NCBI RefSeq assembly: GCF_009914755.1 | Contig: NC_060935.1 | Length of the DNA stretch: 64,000 nt | Strand: one strand, 5' to 3' | DNA from: the human T2T-CHM13v2.0 reference genome, Homo sapiens | Shown here: piece after piece, positions 1 through 18,851 of the stretch | Position numbering within the stretch: the first letter of the stretch is position 1 | Layout: every line of letters begins with the position of its first letter | Made by a program: the position numbers and the translations under genes | The notes under the pieces: generated by a model | Told to the model about the DNA's origin: nothing | Seen by the model: the letters and a program-made list of their open reading frames with translations, nothing else | The model's database searches: none

Positions 1-3000
1 GTGAATCCATGTAATCCAGGGCTTTTTCTGCATGATAGGTTTTTAAACAATTATTATTATGATTCAATGTCTTTAGTCATTTTTGGTCTGTTCAGGATTT
101 CTGTTCTTCCTGGTTTAATTGTAAGAGATTATGAGTTTCCAGGAATGTACCCATTTTCTCTAGATTTTCTAGTTTGTTTACATAGAAATATTCATAGTAG
201 TCTCTGAAGATAATTGTATTTCTGTGGGATTGATTGTGATGTCAACTTTGTAATTTCTGATTGTGCTTATTTGGATATTATTTTCTCCTTTGTGAATCTA
301 GCTAGTGGTCTATTGATCTTGTTTATATTTTCAAATAACCAACTTTTTGTTTTGTGGATCCTTTGTATTTTTTATGGGGTCTGAATTTCATTTAGCTCTG
401 CTTTGATTTTAGTTATTTCTTTTCTTCTGCTAGCTTTGGGACTAGTTCTTGTTTTTCTATTTCCTTTAGGTGTGAAGTTAGGTTAGTAATTTGAGATCTT
501 TCTATCTTCTTGATGCAGGGATTTAGCACTATAAACTTTCCTAGTGACACTAGCTTTGTCACATCTTAGAAATTTTGGTATGTTTTGTCTCTATTTTCAT
601 TTGTTTCAATTTTTTAAAATTTCTGCCTTAGTTTTGTTATTTACCCAAAAGTTATTCAGGAGAAAGTTGTTTAGTTTCCATATATTTGTGTGATTTTGAG
701 AGTTCCTCTTGGTGTTGCTTTCTATTTTTATTCCATTGTGGTCTGAGTAGATGCTTGGTATGATTTCAATATTTTTTAATTTATTGAGACTTGCTTTATA
801 ACCAAGCATGGGGTCAATTTTACAATATGTTTCATGTGCAGATGAGAAGAATGTATATTCTGTGGTTGTTGGGTGGAGTACTTTGTAGATGTCTATGGGG
901 TCTAATCAGTCAAGCATCAAATTTAAGCCGAGAATTTCTTTGTTTCTTTGTTAGTTTTCTGCCACAGTGGTGTGTCTAATGCTGTCAGTGGGGTGTTGAA
1001 GTCCCTCAGTATTATCATGTGGCTGTCAAAGTCTTTTCTTAGATCTAGAAGTAATTGTTTTATAAACCTTGGTGCTCCAATGGTGGATGCATATATATTT
1101 AGGATAGTTACATCTTCTTGTTAAATTGAACCTTTATCATTATGTCATGCCCTTATTTGTCCTTTTTTAAATTTTTTGGTTTAAAGTCTATTTTATCTGA
1201 TACAAGAATAACAAACTCGGCTCTTTTTCCGTTTGTGTCATAGATCTTTCTCCACCCCTTTACTATGATCCTATGGGTATTGTTATATGTGAGATGAATC
1301 TCCTGAAGACAGCAGAAGGATGGGTCTTATTTTTTAATCCAGTTTGCCACTCTATGTCTTTTAAGTGGAACATTTAGGTCATTTATGTTCAAGGTTAATT
1401 GATAATTGATATGTAAGGTTTTGTTCCTGCCACAGTGTTGTTGGCTAGTTGCTTTGTAGTTTCAATTGAGGGGTTACTTTATGGGATCTGTGGGTTATGG
1501 ACGTGTGTGTGCTTTTGTGGTAGCAAGTAACATTCTTTTATTTCCATATTTAGAACTCCTGAAGGAGATGCTTCTCTTGTAGGGCTGGTCTGGTGGTGAT
1601 TAATTCCCTTAGCAAATACTTGTCTGGAAAATACTTCATTTCTCCTTCATTTATGAAGCTTAGTTTGGTGAGATATGAAATTCTTGGCTAGCATTTCTTT
1701 TCTTTAAGAATGCTAAAAATGGAACCTCTGTCTCTTCTGGCTTGTAAGGTTTCAGCTGAGAAGTCTGCTGTTAGTCTGATGGGCTTCCCTTTATAGATAA
1801 TATGACCTTTTTCTCTAGCTGCCTTTAAGATTTTTACTTTTTTGTTAGTCTTGGATACACTGATGACTGTGTGCCTTGGGGATGGGTTGCCTTGTATAGT
1901 ATCTCATCAAAGTTCTCTGGGTTTCGTATCTGCATGTCAACCTTTCTAGCAAGATTGGGGACATTTTCCTATATTCAAATATACTTTCCAAGTTGCTTAC
2001 TCTCCCTTCTCGCTCAAAAATGCCAGTGAGTCATAGATTTGATCACTTTACATAATCCCTTATTTCTCAAAGTCTTTGTTCATTTTTAAAAATTATTTTT
2101 ATTTTTGTCTGAGTGGTTCATTGAAAAAACTGGTCTTTGATCTCTAAAATTCCTTCTGCTTGGTCTAGACTATTGTTAAGGTTTCCAACTGTATTTTAAA
2201 ATTCCTATAGTCAATTTTTTAATTCCAGAAGTTCTTTTTGATTCTTTCTTAGTACAGCTATGTCATCTTCCAAATCTTGGATCATTTTTTCTGGCGCCTT
2301 TGTGTTGAATTTCAAATTTCTTTTGAATCTTGTTGAGTTTCCTTGCCATTCACATTCTGAATTCTACACCTGTCATTTCAGATATTTCATTCTAGTTAAT
2401 ATACATTGTTTGTGAGTGAATGGTATCCTTTGGAGGTGATGAAACACTCTGGTTTTTTGTATTGCCAGAGTTCTTACACTGGTTCCTTCTCATCTGACGG
2501 AGTTGACACTTCTTTTCTTCCCTTTGAATTTGCCATCATTTGGATAGGGATTCTTGATTTTTTCTTTCTTTTTTTTCTTGGGGGTATGGCTATGGTGTAT
2601 GTTGTGTATGATCAATTGGCTTTGTTTCTTGGTGCTTTCAGGGTGCCTAAGCTCTTTATGGGTTCATTGGTTACAGATAGGTTGCGGTGGCTTTCTCAGA
2701 TATTGCTTTTTGTAGCAATGTGGTTTTGTTTGATGGTGTAATTCAAGCTGCAGTCTAGTGTGTGGTATTTAAGAGTAATAGCTGGCAGCTAGGGGCAGGG
2801 GCAGAGAAAAATTGGGAAGTGTGAATCGTGCCCTCTCCCAGCACACATATACCTTCAGTGGTGGTGGAGACACTGGAGAAGCTGTCTCTTTCAACCCATG
2901 CTCCCCATGCCCTGATAGGAAGAGCTGCTGCTAAGTCTGCAACACTACACTGAGAAGAAAGGTGGGGGTGAGAGATGACCTCCTCTCCACGTCCATTCCT

Positions 3001-4272
3001 GGGCTTTGGTGATGCCACCTTCAGTAGTTGGTGCCATGCTTGCATTTTCTTTGACCCAAGGGGGGCTTTGGTGAGCTGTGCTCCCCCTTCCCTTAGGGGC
3101 AGATAGTGCTGAGGGTTAGATCTCCAGGGAAAGTGGGGTCTGCCTCCATTCTACTTCTTGGAGCTGATGGGGCACTGTTCCCCAAATGGCCAAGGGAGCA
3201 GGCTGGGACACCAGGATTGACACCCACAGACTAGTTCCAGTTTGCAAAGCTGTCCCCGGCTACAAGCCTCACCACCCAGGAGAAACTTTGGCTTCAGAAA
3301 CTCTCCTCCTGCTCCAGGCCTGTGACAGGAAAAAGACTAATTCCAGTGCCTACTGCTGGGGAACTCTCTGCATTCACCACTCAATTCTGACTGTGGGTGC
3401 CCTTCTGCCTTTCCAGAGCAAATGCTGCAAACTCTGGCCTGAGCCTAAAATGTCTGCTGTGGTCACCACTGCCAAGTGGCCAAACAATGTCTTTAAATGC
3501 TCAAAATGGTGTCATTTGTGGGTTTGTGGCTGAAGAGGATGGGGTCCCTCTCAGGCAAGTAGCATGGGCAAGAAGCTGTGGAGAGTGCAGTCCATTTACA
3601 TCTCAGTCTCACAGCATTCTGTTGCAGGGTAGCAAGTACCCTCCCAGGGCTGTGTGGGTGCACCCATTCTCCCCCTTCATCCTTGGAACTGTGCAGCAGC
3701 TACAGCCATGTCTACAGATCCCCAGTATCTAGTCTCTCAAAGTGGCTCCCACCTGAGTCTGCTCCAGGCTTGGATGCCTGTGGAATTCTGTGTGGGTTCC
3801 CTTTCTGGAGCAATGTTTCTGTGTGATCTTCAGGCAGCTCTATGTCAGACATGAGGCCCAAATGGGTTGAGGTTTTCTCCTGCAGCCATGATCATTAAAG
3901 CCTATTTCAGAGCTTTGGGGATTTCTCTCTTACTGTTTCCTTGCATCCATGAGCCTCTCACGCTCAGTCAGTTCCTAGCTGGGCCAGCTGTTTTAAATAC
4001 TCTCCTTACTTACTTCTGATGTTTCCTGTTTCTTCTCTGATGAATCCAAGCATTCTCTACTAGCTAATTTATTCAAAATATGACTATCTACTTTCTTTCC
4101 TTCTTTCTTTCTTTCTTTTTTTGTTTTGAGATAGAGTTTTGCTGTTGTTGCCTAGGCTGGAGGACAATGGCATGATCTTGGCTCACCGCAACAACTATCT
4201 ACTTTCTACGCCGGCTCTTCTCCATGGAGGAGGCACACAATACTTGTGTCTAGTCAGCCATCTTGATCCCTC
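1..4272 (-). mobile_element. Old LINE-1 (5'UTR, ORF1 and start of ORF2), antisense in the NXPE2 intron, degenerate
   Basis: Minus-strand ORF 606-809 resembles the L1 ORF2 endonuclease C-terminus (IIPSIYSDHNGIKIE); the L1 5'-start motif 'caagatggctgactag' appears as the reverse complement near 4250-4266. Confidence 0.85.
4097..4193 (-). mobile_element. Heavily 5'-truncated Alu inserted in the L1 5'UTR
   Basis: Alu 3' end plus T-rich tail; 14-bp TSD actatctactttct at 4083-4096 and 4194-4207. Confidence 0.8.
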
Positions 4273-5140
4273 CAATTTCTCTATTATTTCTGACAATTGC
4301 ATGTGAATCTACAATTATCTCAAAATAAAAAGCTTAACTCTTTTTCTCTTTACTGTACTTCTGTTGAAGTTTAAAGACCTCATTATATACCGAATCTTAT
4401 CCAAACTATTTTCTTCAACAGTTTAAAACCCCATGTGGTGCACACTTTGCCTTTGTCAGGCCTTTTAAAAATATTCCTGCCTGGTCTCAGGTGATACAGG
4501 TAACCTAGGGAAACATATTAGAGTTCTCCTTCAGGATGGGAAACCTTCTTCTTGCCCCATATTTGTGGCTGGAGGACAAATAATGGACACCTCAGAGAAT
4601 GAGAAAGTGTTAGGGAGACTGTGGAAAAGATGAAGTTCAAAAGAGCTATCCCACAAAGTGGTTGATGAACTCCTGGGCTCAACTCTGAGTTTAGCATGTG
4701 TCAATCTTACCCTAAATAGCCTACCAAAGGCTTTGGGAATTTAATTATGGACCGGACCGCTGCCCATGTCCCAGACTGTCCACGTCCCAGACTGTCCACT
4801 GGATTTCACACACATAAAACAGATTCAAGTAATACAGTGAAGTCTTTGAGAACTGAACAGACCTGTAACCAAAGCCCACAAAAGGTGGGTTGAAACTTGC
4901 AGCCTTAACCTAACGAAATCAAATGCTTGTTTTAAAAATAAAATCAAAATTATCATTAGAGTGTAAACAGGACCCAGAATCTCACAGCATAATATTTAAA
5001 ATATCTAGGATATGATTTAAAACTATTTAGAGAATGAAGAACCAGGAAAACCACAACTTGCAAGAGAATAGAAATCAGGCAAAACCCTGAGCTAACATAG
5101 ATGTTGGAATTATCAAATACTTAAAAACAGCTATTATAAC

Positions 5141-5615
5141 TATATTGGTTTTCTATTGCTGCTATAACAAATTACCACAAATTTAGTGGCTTAAACAATG
5201 CAAATTTATTATGTTGCACTTCTGGAGGTCAGAATTACAAAATGGATCTCACTGGGCTAAAATCAAGGTATTAGCAGGGCTGCACTGCCTTCTGAAAACT
5301 CTAGAGGAGAATATGTTCCCTGGCCTTTTGAAGAGAGACTCTGTTTTCCTTGGCCTCTCCATTTTCAGAACAACATGGAGTGACATTGGTCTAAATCTTT
5401 TTCACACTGCCATCTCTTTGGTTTTTCCTTTTCTGCCACTGTCTTCTACTTTTAAAAACTCTCATGATTACATTTGACTCACCTGTATAATTTAAGATAC
5501 TCTTCCCATCTCAAGGTCAGCTAATTAGCAAGCATAATTACACCTTCAATCTTAATTCCCTTTTGCCATGTAACTTAACATATTCACAGGTTTTGGAGAA
5601 GAGGACATAGGTATC
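5141..5615 (-). mobile_element. MLT1-type MaLR LTR
   Basis: Begins 'ttttctattgctgctataacaaattaccacaaatttagtggcttaaa', the reverse complement of the MLT1 3' end. Confidence 0.75.
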
Positions 5616-6870
5616 TTATCCTTGTTCTTCAATAGGTAAAGTTTTCTTTCCTGTATGGCTTGTATCATAATTTTAGGCTTTGTCTTTGATTTTTGGCAAT
5701 TTGAAAGTGATATGCCTAGAGGTAGATTTTTGGTATTCTTCCTGCTTGGTGCCCTCTGAGCTTCCTGGATCTATGGCTTGGTGTCTGTTATTAGTTTTGG
5801 AAAAATTTCAGTCATTATTTCTTCAAATATTTCTTCTGTTCCTTTCTCTTTATTCTCCTTTTGGTATTCCCATTATGTGTATTTATGCCTATTGTGTTTG
5901 TCCCATAGTTGTTGGATATTCTGTTCTTTTTTCATGCTTTTTCTCTTGTTTTTAGTTTGGGAAGTTTCTGTTGACATACTTTCAAGCTCTCTTATTTTTC
6001 ACATGACTATGTTCAGTCTGTTCATGAGTTCATCAAAGGTGTTCTTTATTCTGATATAGTGTTTTTTATTTCTAGCATTTCCTTTTGACTGTTTCTTAGA
6101 GTTGCCAAGTCTCTACATACATTACCCATCTGTTCCTGCTTGTTTTGTATTTTTTTTATTAGAGCCCTAAGTATTAATACCTCAATCATAGTTATTTTAA
6201 ATTTCTGGTCTGATAATTTCAAAATCTCTACTATAACTAAGTTTTGTTCTGATGCTTGCATTGTCCCTTTAGACTGTATTTTTTTTCTTCTTGTGTGCCT
6301 TGTAATTTTTATTGAAATCTGGATATGATGTAGTTGGTAAACTGGAACTGAGATAGGCCTTTAGTGTGAGCTTTTATATTTATATGTTTAGGAGTTAGAC
6401 TGTGTTTACTGTTTACTGTAGATATTGTGTCAGAGGCTACAATTTCCTCCAGTGTCCATGTTTATGTGTCTCCTAGAGACTTCATCCTTGGGTGTTTCTA
6501 GGGACTCCTTTTTAAGTAGGGTCTGAGGCTTGCAGTGCTTTTTGCTATAATCCTATTTCTATACAGAATTCCTATTGAGTTGGTTGTAAGATGTGCAGGA
6601 GGGGAAGCATTCTGTAGTACTGTGATTTAGTCCCAGTATTTTAGTGAGCTTGTGCCCTTAAATCGTGACCTTCACAAGTGCTTGTCAGCTTCCTGTTTTC
6701 CTATACCCACGTCTATCCTTAGGTGAAATAAGAAGGCCAGATGGAGGCTGGGTTTGGGTATTTTCCTTACCCCCGATTGATCAGGTTTTGGTAAAACCCA
6801 ACTTGGTTAGGCTCTAGTAACCTAGTTCCCCTTGTTCTCCTTGTTAAGGAGAACAGAGACTTCTGGTACA
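5616..6870 (-). mobile_element. Old L1M fragment (ORF1 region)
   Basis: Minus ORF 6046-6261 resembles the L1M ORF1 coiled coil (LSDQKFKITMI...LRNSQKEMLEIKNTI). Confidence 0.7.
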
Positions 6871-7013
6871 TTTTAAAATAGTGGCATCGGAACTAGAAAA
6901 AGAGAGAAATGGTAGACTTAAATCAAATCATATCAATAGAACACTAAATATAAATAGTCCAAACACATCAGTGAAACAACAGCGACTGTCAGAATGTATA
7001 AAAAGAAGAAATT

Positions 7014-7687
<674 letters not shown>

Positions 7688-8056
7688 ACCAACCATAAGC
7701 TAGCATCCATTTTAAATACAAAGATATAGGTAGGCTAAAAGTAAAATGACAAAAATAGATATACCATGCAAATCCTAACCAAAATAATGCTTGTATGAAT
7801 TTATTAATATCAGAAAAAGTAGATTTCAGAACCAGGAAAATTACCAAGAATAAATAAGATCATTATGTAATGGTAAAAGTGACAGTTCATCCAAAATACA
7901 TAACAACCAATACATGTGTGTACATCTAATAGCAGAGCTACAAAATATTTGAAGAAAAGCATATATCAATAAAAAGAAAAGGAAAAATTCAGAATCATAG
8001 TCAACAACATTAACATTGTTCTTAGTAATTGATAAAATATGTAGAGAGAAAGTCAG

Positions 8057-8855
8057 TTTAGCAGGTTGAATGACGGCCCCCTAAAAATGTGTCTACCTGA
8101 AACCCCTGAATATGACCTACAGTAGTCCTTAAATCTACTAAATATATATTCCAAGACCCCAGTGGATGCCTGAAACCGCAGATAGTACCAAACGCTATAC
8201 AGTGTAAATGCTGTTTTTTTCTTGTACATAAATATCTATGATAAAGTTTAATTTATAAATTAGGCACAGTAAGACATTGACAAAAATAACTAATATTAAA
8301 ATAGAACAATTATAACAACATACTGTAATAAAAGTTATATAAATATGGCTTCTCTCTCTGTCTTTCTCTCTCTCAAAATATCTTATTGTACTATACTCAC
8401 CTATTTTTGGACCATGGTTGACCATGGGTAACTAAAATCATGAATAAGGACGTGCCACTATATTTAGAAAAACACTCTTTGATGATGTAAATAAGTGAAA
8501 GGGCTCAAGATGAGATCATCCTGGATTAAGGGGGATCCTAAATCCAGTCACAACTGTCCTTTTACGAGAAGAAAAGGGGAAAACACACACAGAGGGGAGG
8601 ATTACATAAAAATGGAGGCAGAGATTGAAATAAGCTGTCTACAAGCCAAGGAACACCAAGGATTACTGGAAACCACCAGGAGTTAGGAGACATGTATGGA
8701 ATATATTCTTTCGCAAAGCGTCTATAAGGAACCAACCCTGTTGACACCTTGATCTCCGACTTCTGGCCTCCAGAACTATGAGTGAATAAATTTATGTTCT
8801 TTTAAGTCACTAAATTTGTGATGCTTTGTGATGTCAGCCCCATGAAACTAATAGA
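8057..8855 (+). mobile_element. MLT1 (B/C-like) MaLR solo LTR, interrupted by MER44A
   Basis: MLT1-like ends; 5-bp TSD gtcag at 8052-8056 and 8856-8860. Confidence 0.8.
8120..8460 (-). mobile_element. MER44A (Tigger-derived MITE)
   Basis: cagtagtcc terminus, body matches the recalled MER44A consensus, TA on both flanks. Confidence 0.8.
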
Positions 8856-9280
8856 GTCAGCAAAAATATAGAAGAAGTAGAGAACACAACCCTTCAACTA
8901 AATCTGATTGACATTCATAAAACACTTCCTCCAACAGCAGTGGAATATACATTCTTTCCCAGTGCACATGAAACATGTACCACATTGTGCTCTGTTGTTT
9001 GCATTGTTGATATAGAAAATGATAATATGGTTTTTAAAAAGAAAAGTCAAGTGAGGGGATAGCAAAAGGAAAAACTCTAAAATTGAATCATGAAATAGTA
9101 TGTATTGATAACATGATTGTATCTAGTTAATTTTTAAGTCAGTGACTCCTAAAGAAAACCATCTGCTGGCAGCAGAGGAAGTCATACTACATGGAAACCA
9201 TTTCTGAAGATTCCATAACTGAAAACCAGTTAGTATCGATTTTTGATATTTAATTTATCACACTGAAAGATGTAAAATAA

Positions 9281-10090
<810 letters not shown>

Positions 10091-10479
10091 TAAAGAGGCT
10101 TTTAAATACAATAGCAGATAAAAAGAGGTATCCGACCAAACTCTGCCTAGTAGTTTTGCCTAATCAAACTTTTGTATCATGTCAATTATGTTGACTAAAT
10201 TATAATTAGGTCCTCAGAGTCAGTTCAGCTTGGAGTGTGTTCACAGGGATCCATACAAGTCACCCCTAGAACTATTTGCTGACAGGAGTATAACCAGTGA
10301 AGCACTTAATATAGACCTATAGTTCTCCATGGTTTGCAATACTTCCAGGTTCAGTAATTTTTTATAGACCAGTATTTTCTATAATGTGTTCCAGGGAATA
10401 CTAATCCTATAGAGTATTAATAGATGCTGTACAATAAAAAAGTGGTGAATGATATCATTGTTCAGTCGAGCTTTACCCC

Positions 10480-11980
<1,501 letters not shown>

Positions 11981-13063
11981 ATAAAAAAAAATAAGTAAAA
12001 TAATACAATCTGGAGAAATAATTAAAGTTAAGTTGGTTTCTTTGCAGCAGGACTTCTCAGAAACTTTAATATGTATCCCTTCAAGCAAGAATAGAGCATA
12101 CAGCATTTCCCAAATTTATTTGGCCACAGACCACTTATTTTATGGATCATTTAAAGAGACTTTGGTTCCCCAGTTTGGGAGCTGCTGCCATAGAAAGGCT
12201 TTAGTTTTCTGATATGTCTTCAGAGGGCAAATTTCCAGGATAGCACAATATCCTGGAAATTCAAGTTCAAATCCAATTTAAGCATTATGATGACACAGAG
12301 AGCTGGGCACAACTGACCCTACATCACTACAGCCTCTCCCTTTCACCCCTACGTCACCTTCACTTCTTTACATTTTCCTGATCAAGGTATGGAAAAATCT
12401 CTTTATCCCCTATGGCTCAGCTAAAAGAAGCTGGGATTTTAAAAATAAATTTTTATGAAGCAAAGGAAAAATAATCATGGAGACATAAAGGTCTTCCTGT
12501 CTTGAAGGTCTCAGAATTATGTCTTAAGTCTAAGGGTGGACTTAAGATTCTATACTCTATATATTTTATATGTGCCTGATTCTATATTCCCTGTTGGCTA
12601 CAGCTGGATCCCTCTTGAGGTGGTCCTCATTGAAGCCTGGGTTGAAGGTACCATCCTTGCACAGTTGCTGGCTGTGTCTCAGGAAATCCAAAGTCCCTAG
12701 TCTGGCAGACTGGCACATACTTTGGGTCCTAATCAGGCTTCTCAAGGGGGCTGTGCTCATGACAGTAATCATGATAGTAAGCTGCTTTATTTCCAAATAG
12801 ACATAAGTCCTTCCCAGATCCCCTGCTCTATTCAAGCTATTAAGTTTTTTTCTCCTACTGCATGGAAATAGAGATTTCAGTCTCCCTACAGGTGATGTAG
12901 TGCATGTGCAAGGAACAGCTGATTACACATCCAAGAAGTCTCATGGACCATTCTATTGCTAAGCTCTAGGGTCCCTTCCTAGACCCAAGCCCAATTCTTT
13001 GACATCTTTCCTTCTCACGAATACAGGGACTAAGCCAGTTTCTGTTTCATTTGTAACATAGTA

Positions 13064-13304
13064 CCGTTAACCCTTGAACAACCCAGATTTGAACTGCACA
13101 AATCCACTTATATTCAAAGCATTTTCAATCAAATGTGGATCAAAAATATAATATTCACAGGATGCAAAACCTAATATATGGAGAGCTGACTTTTCACATA
13201 CTTGGGTTCCGTGGGGCTGAATGCAGGACTTAAGCATATGCTGATTTTTGTAGATGTGGTGGGGGTCCTGGAACCAATCTCCCACATATACTGAGGGATG
13301 ACTG
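13064..13304 (-). mobile_element. MER8 (Tigger-family MITE)
   Basis: ~240 bp matching the recalled MER8 consensus, TA on both flanks. Confidence 0.8.
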
Positions 13305-13809
13305 TAAATATATTTTCCCACCTGGGTTCTCTCCCTCAACCTTGGCTGAAGAATCAGAAATGTTACTTCCTAGGATATTTATTTCTTCAAATTAAAAAAG
13401 TCTTCTTCTTTTTAAGAGTTTTGTGGATAATCGTGATAAAAACATAAATGAGGAGTTACCATAGGAGAAGACATCACATAGGTAACACAGTTGTTCACTA
13501 TTCTGTTAGTTTCTATTATGGTCTAATTAATTATAGACCCCTTTTTAAAATTTAATGCACATACACAATTACAAAAACAGGAGACATTAAAATGAATTCC
13601 TTTATAACATTAATACATGGTTTTAATCCTAATTTTAATGTAGCATCAAATTTTTCTTTGGTAACCAAATTTACAAGGTAGCCGGGTCTCAATCTCTTTT
13701 GTTATCCTCAGCCTTACCTGAGAAAGGTATGGGAGAATAGAGGTTTGGTCAGATTAAATTTCTTAAAGACAAATCTTACTCTTGTGCCAAAAATAGGTCT
13801 GATGGGATC

Positions 13810-14060
13810 CTCAGTAATAATAATTGCAATGATTTGTTGAGCACCTACTATATGCCAACATTTATGTTAGATGCCTCCCTTGTATTATACCATTTATCCT
13901 CAGTAAAATACTCTGGAGTGACTATTATTATGCTCATTTTGAAGATGAGAAAATTTAGGCATATTAAATAGGTTGGCCAAAGTCACATATCCAGTTGAAT
14001 TGCAGAGTCAGAACGGGATTCCCAGTCGATCTTATTCTAAAGTCAATGGGCCATAGTGCT
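13810..14060 (-). mobile_element. MIR SINE
   Basis: Core 'gagcacctactatatgcca...cattttgaagatgagaaaatttaggc'. Confidence 0.7.
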
Positions 14061-14666
14061 GTCTCCCATGACTCCACCACTCCATGCAGCCATCACGCCC
14101 AGCCACCCTGACCTCTCTTCAGTCCTCTGGCCTTCTTGATGAAGGGGATATTATCCTCACTTGACCCAAAAACTCATTTCCTGAGATTCAGGCAATTCTT
14201 CTCAATCTTAGAAAGGGCTTTCTCTATCCCTTTTGAAGGTTTCTGTGGCTCTGGCTCTGAAAGGGCCTACCTTCCCCCAGATGGATTTCATTCCGATAGA
14301 GTGAATTCAATTTGGCTGGACATAGTCACCATAGTCATTGGGACTGATACCTTGAGACGAAGCTCACTGTGCTGGCACTCGAAATATTATACTGAATAAT
14401 ATTGACTTGATTCCTATCTGAGGGAGATAACAGACTATGAAAAATAGACTCCTGGGAACTCAAGAAGGTGAAGAGTAGATGAAGATGAAGCTGGCAATGT
14501 AGACACTCATAGGAGATTTTTATACCAGTTAGGGAGCTTTTTCTGTAGGTTGAGGACAGAAAGTCATGGGAAAGTTTTACATAGGGGAATAAAACAGGTA
14601 GCATAGGGTTTGTATTTAGGTGGGATAAACCAAAAGGGCAGAAAGATAGTATTATAATAACTTAGG

Positions 14667-14862
14667 ACAGGGTTCTCAAAGTAATGTCCGTAGACCATTG
14701 GCTTTGGGTTAGCCCAAGAGCTTGTTATTATAGAAATCCAAATTCTTGAGAATTTACCCCATAACTGTTGAATCAGAAATTCTGGGTGTGAGGCTCAGCA
14801 ATTGGAGTTGTAATAAAGTACTGCAGGTAATTCTGATGCACGCTCAAGTTTGAGAAACACTA
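14667..14862. mobile_element. MER5A (hAT-Charlie MITE)
   Basis: Termini 'cagggttctcaaagt' and 'agtttgagaaacact'; internal 'gaatcagaaattctggg'. Confidence 0.7.
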
Positions 14863-14963
14863 GCCTTGGAAAGGGTTGATGAGGGCCTGAATTACTACAG
14901 GTGGAAATGTGGAGAGGGTAGTTTGTGGTAGAGAGCCATTTAGAAGGTAAAATTAAAATAAGC

Positions 14964-14964
<1 letters not shown>

Positions 14965-15020
<56 letters not shown>

Positions 15021-15032
15021 TAGATAGATAGA
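14965..15032 (+). repeat. Compound tetranucleotide STR (TAGA)10(CAGA)4(TAGA)3
   Basis: Read directly from the sequence. Confidence 0.95.
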
Positions 15033-15216
15033 TGTTAGATAGATTTGATGGATTGCGTATGGAGGGTGAATGACTTTCTCTGGATCTCTAGATTCCCTGC
15101 CATTAGGAGAGGAACAGCTTTCCAGAATCCTGACCCATTAACTTCCCCAGGATATCTTAAATATATCAAAATAAGGGGGGAAAGGCATTTGGAGAAGAGA
15201 GGTTTAATCCATCTAA

Positions 15217-15426
<210 letters not shown>

Positions 15427-16239
15427 TAACGATTTGATCTCTCATTTCCTGGGACAAATTACATCAACCACCTTGGGTTTTAGAGAAGGGATTTTATTCT
15501 TGGAAATTATTTTCATATCGATTTAAACCAATTTTCATCCCAAGTCAGATATAAAAGGCTAGGGAAACCATTAACTTCAGTGGCACTGCCTCAAAATGTA
15601 CAGGCTATTTGTATTTAAATTTAGATTTATTCCTCCAGAGCCAATGATCAGGTGCTGGTGCTATGTGAAAAATGTCTCAGATGAGCTGCACAGATTCAGA
15701 GTTAGGACATTTCTTTGGTGGTTTCTAATTTCTCATTTAGCCAAGCCATCTTACTTGAAGTTCTATGAACTAGAATTTCTGTGAATTTTTTCTCAGTTTA
15801 ATCATATGAACTTTAGTGGTCAACACAAAACCATTTCACTCATAGAAGTGATGATTCTGCTACACGGGAAATGAAGTGAATTTCAAAATTAAAGTAAAGC
15901 AAAGGACTTCCATTATAACAATCAACGGGGTGTACCATTACTCATCACCCCTTTTTCATGCATTTAGCAAGTGTTTACTGAGGTCCTACTGTACAAAGAA
16001 ATTTGCTAAACCCTGTGGAGAACATAAACACAAATAAATCATGAACCCAGATGTAAAGTTCACAATCTATGAAGAAGACAGATCCCTTCTCTGCTAGGGC
16101 AACTATCATTCACACCCAACTTTTACACTGAAGAAAGTTCTTAGATTCTTGAGGCAATTTGAATGTTTGTAACACCTCTTTTATTTCCCTCTTGCCTGGA
16201 CAGTAATTTCTAGTAAAGTCAGGCAGTTTCTTGGAAGAT

Positions 16240-16600
16240 AGTACCAGACTGTAATTTTTGGAGCCACTTACAAATCTGATGTTATTCAATACGAACAAAT
16301 GTAAGTTCCTCAATGTGTACCCCATATCCCAACAATGCAGGTAGATGACAAAGAAGATGTGCATTTTAAGTGGTGAATATAGAAGTGGCCTCAGAAACTT
16401 ACCTGGGGGAAAACTCAATAGGAGTCAGTAAATACAGTTTAGGCTATTTTAATAGAGGAGTGTTCAGAACAGGGAGGTCATGATCCTACTTTTTTCTGTG
16501 TCAGATCACACTGAGAATATTACATTCAGTTCTAGACATGACAATTAAGATTTAAGGATTTTAAAAAAAGTATTAGCCAGAGAAGATGATTCTGGGACAC
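16240..16600 (+). mobile_element. L3/CR1 LINE relic
   Basis: 'agggaggtcatgatcctact...tcagatcacactgagaatattacattcagttctag' resembles the CR1 ORF2 3' consensus. Confidence 0.5.
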
Positions 16601-16923
16601 ACAAAATAAACAATGTGACACACTCATTTCATAAACACATTCAAGCTTCTTTTCCTGGATTAGTAGTTTGAGGAAGATGAGATTTACAATTCAGCGAGGC
16701 CAATGTCATTGGTGTAATATTTGGCAGGGCCACTGTGCCCTGCTATTTCACGGCCACACATTTCCTCCTGACTCTGGCTGGCTGTTCCACAGCAGCGTGG
16801 CTCTGGGGACAAGGTGGAGCCCAGGGACACATTGCAAATGCACAAGAGTCAACAGATCCCCACTCCAAGAAAAACTATTCAAGAAAAGCTATTTAATTCA
16901 CCCTTTTAACATGATCTTATTAA

Positions 16924-17418
<495 letters not shown>

Positions 17419-17633
17419 TAACTTTTGGCTTTGGGCTTTTAATAAAAAGTTAAATTTTATCTTTTCATTCACAAATGTTAATATTTTTCTTCCTCTTCAT
17501 GTATTCTCATAACAAGTTCAATATTTTGTTAAGATTGTAATGCACCTGGTAAAATTATCCACCTTACATAGGCAATAGTGCTTAGTTAGAAGTGATCTTG
17601 GTTAGAATTTTATACATGTTGTGTGCAGTTTAA

Positions 17634-18221
<588 letters not shown>

Positions 18222-18332
18222 AGGAAAAATACAAAAATAGCACTAGCCACTTTCTATAGATGATCTCACATATACAGCGAAGATAGTTTAATGCAATCCA
18301 AGTTTTGAGGAAACTAAATTTGAAAAAGTTCT

Positions 18333-18338
18333 ATTAAA
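18333..18338 (+). terminator. Candidate polyadenylation signal ATTAAA for NXPE2
   Basis: Variant hexamer 112 nt after the stop codon, with T-rich sequence downstream; no AATAAA closer to the stop. Confidence 0.55.
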
Positions 18339-18380
18339 GTTAAATATATGTAACATAACATTTACCATTTAAGCCATTTT

Positions 18381-18851
<471 letters not shown>

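Noticed and set aside
4768-4799. 16-bp tandem duplication gtcccagactgtccac (a similar 22-bp one lies at 51713-51756)
   Set aside because: Real but ordinary slippage-type duplications inside dead repeats.
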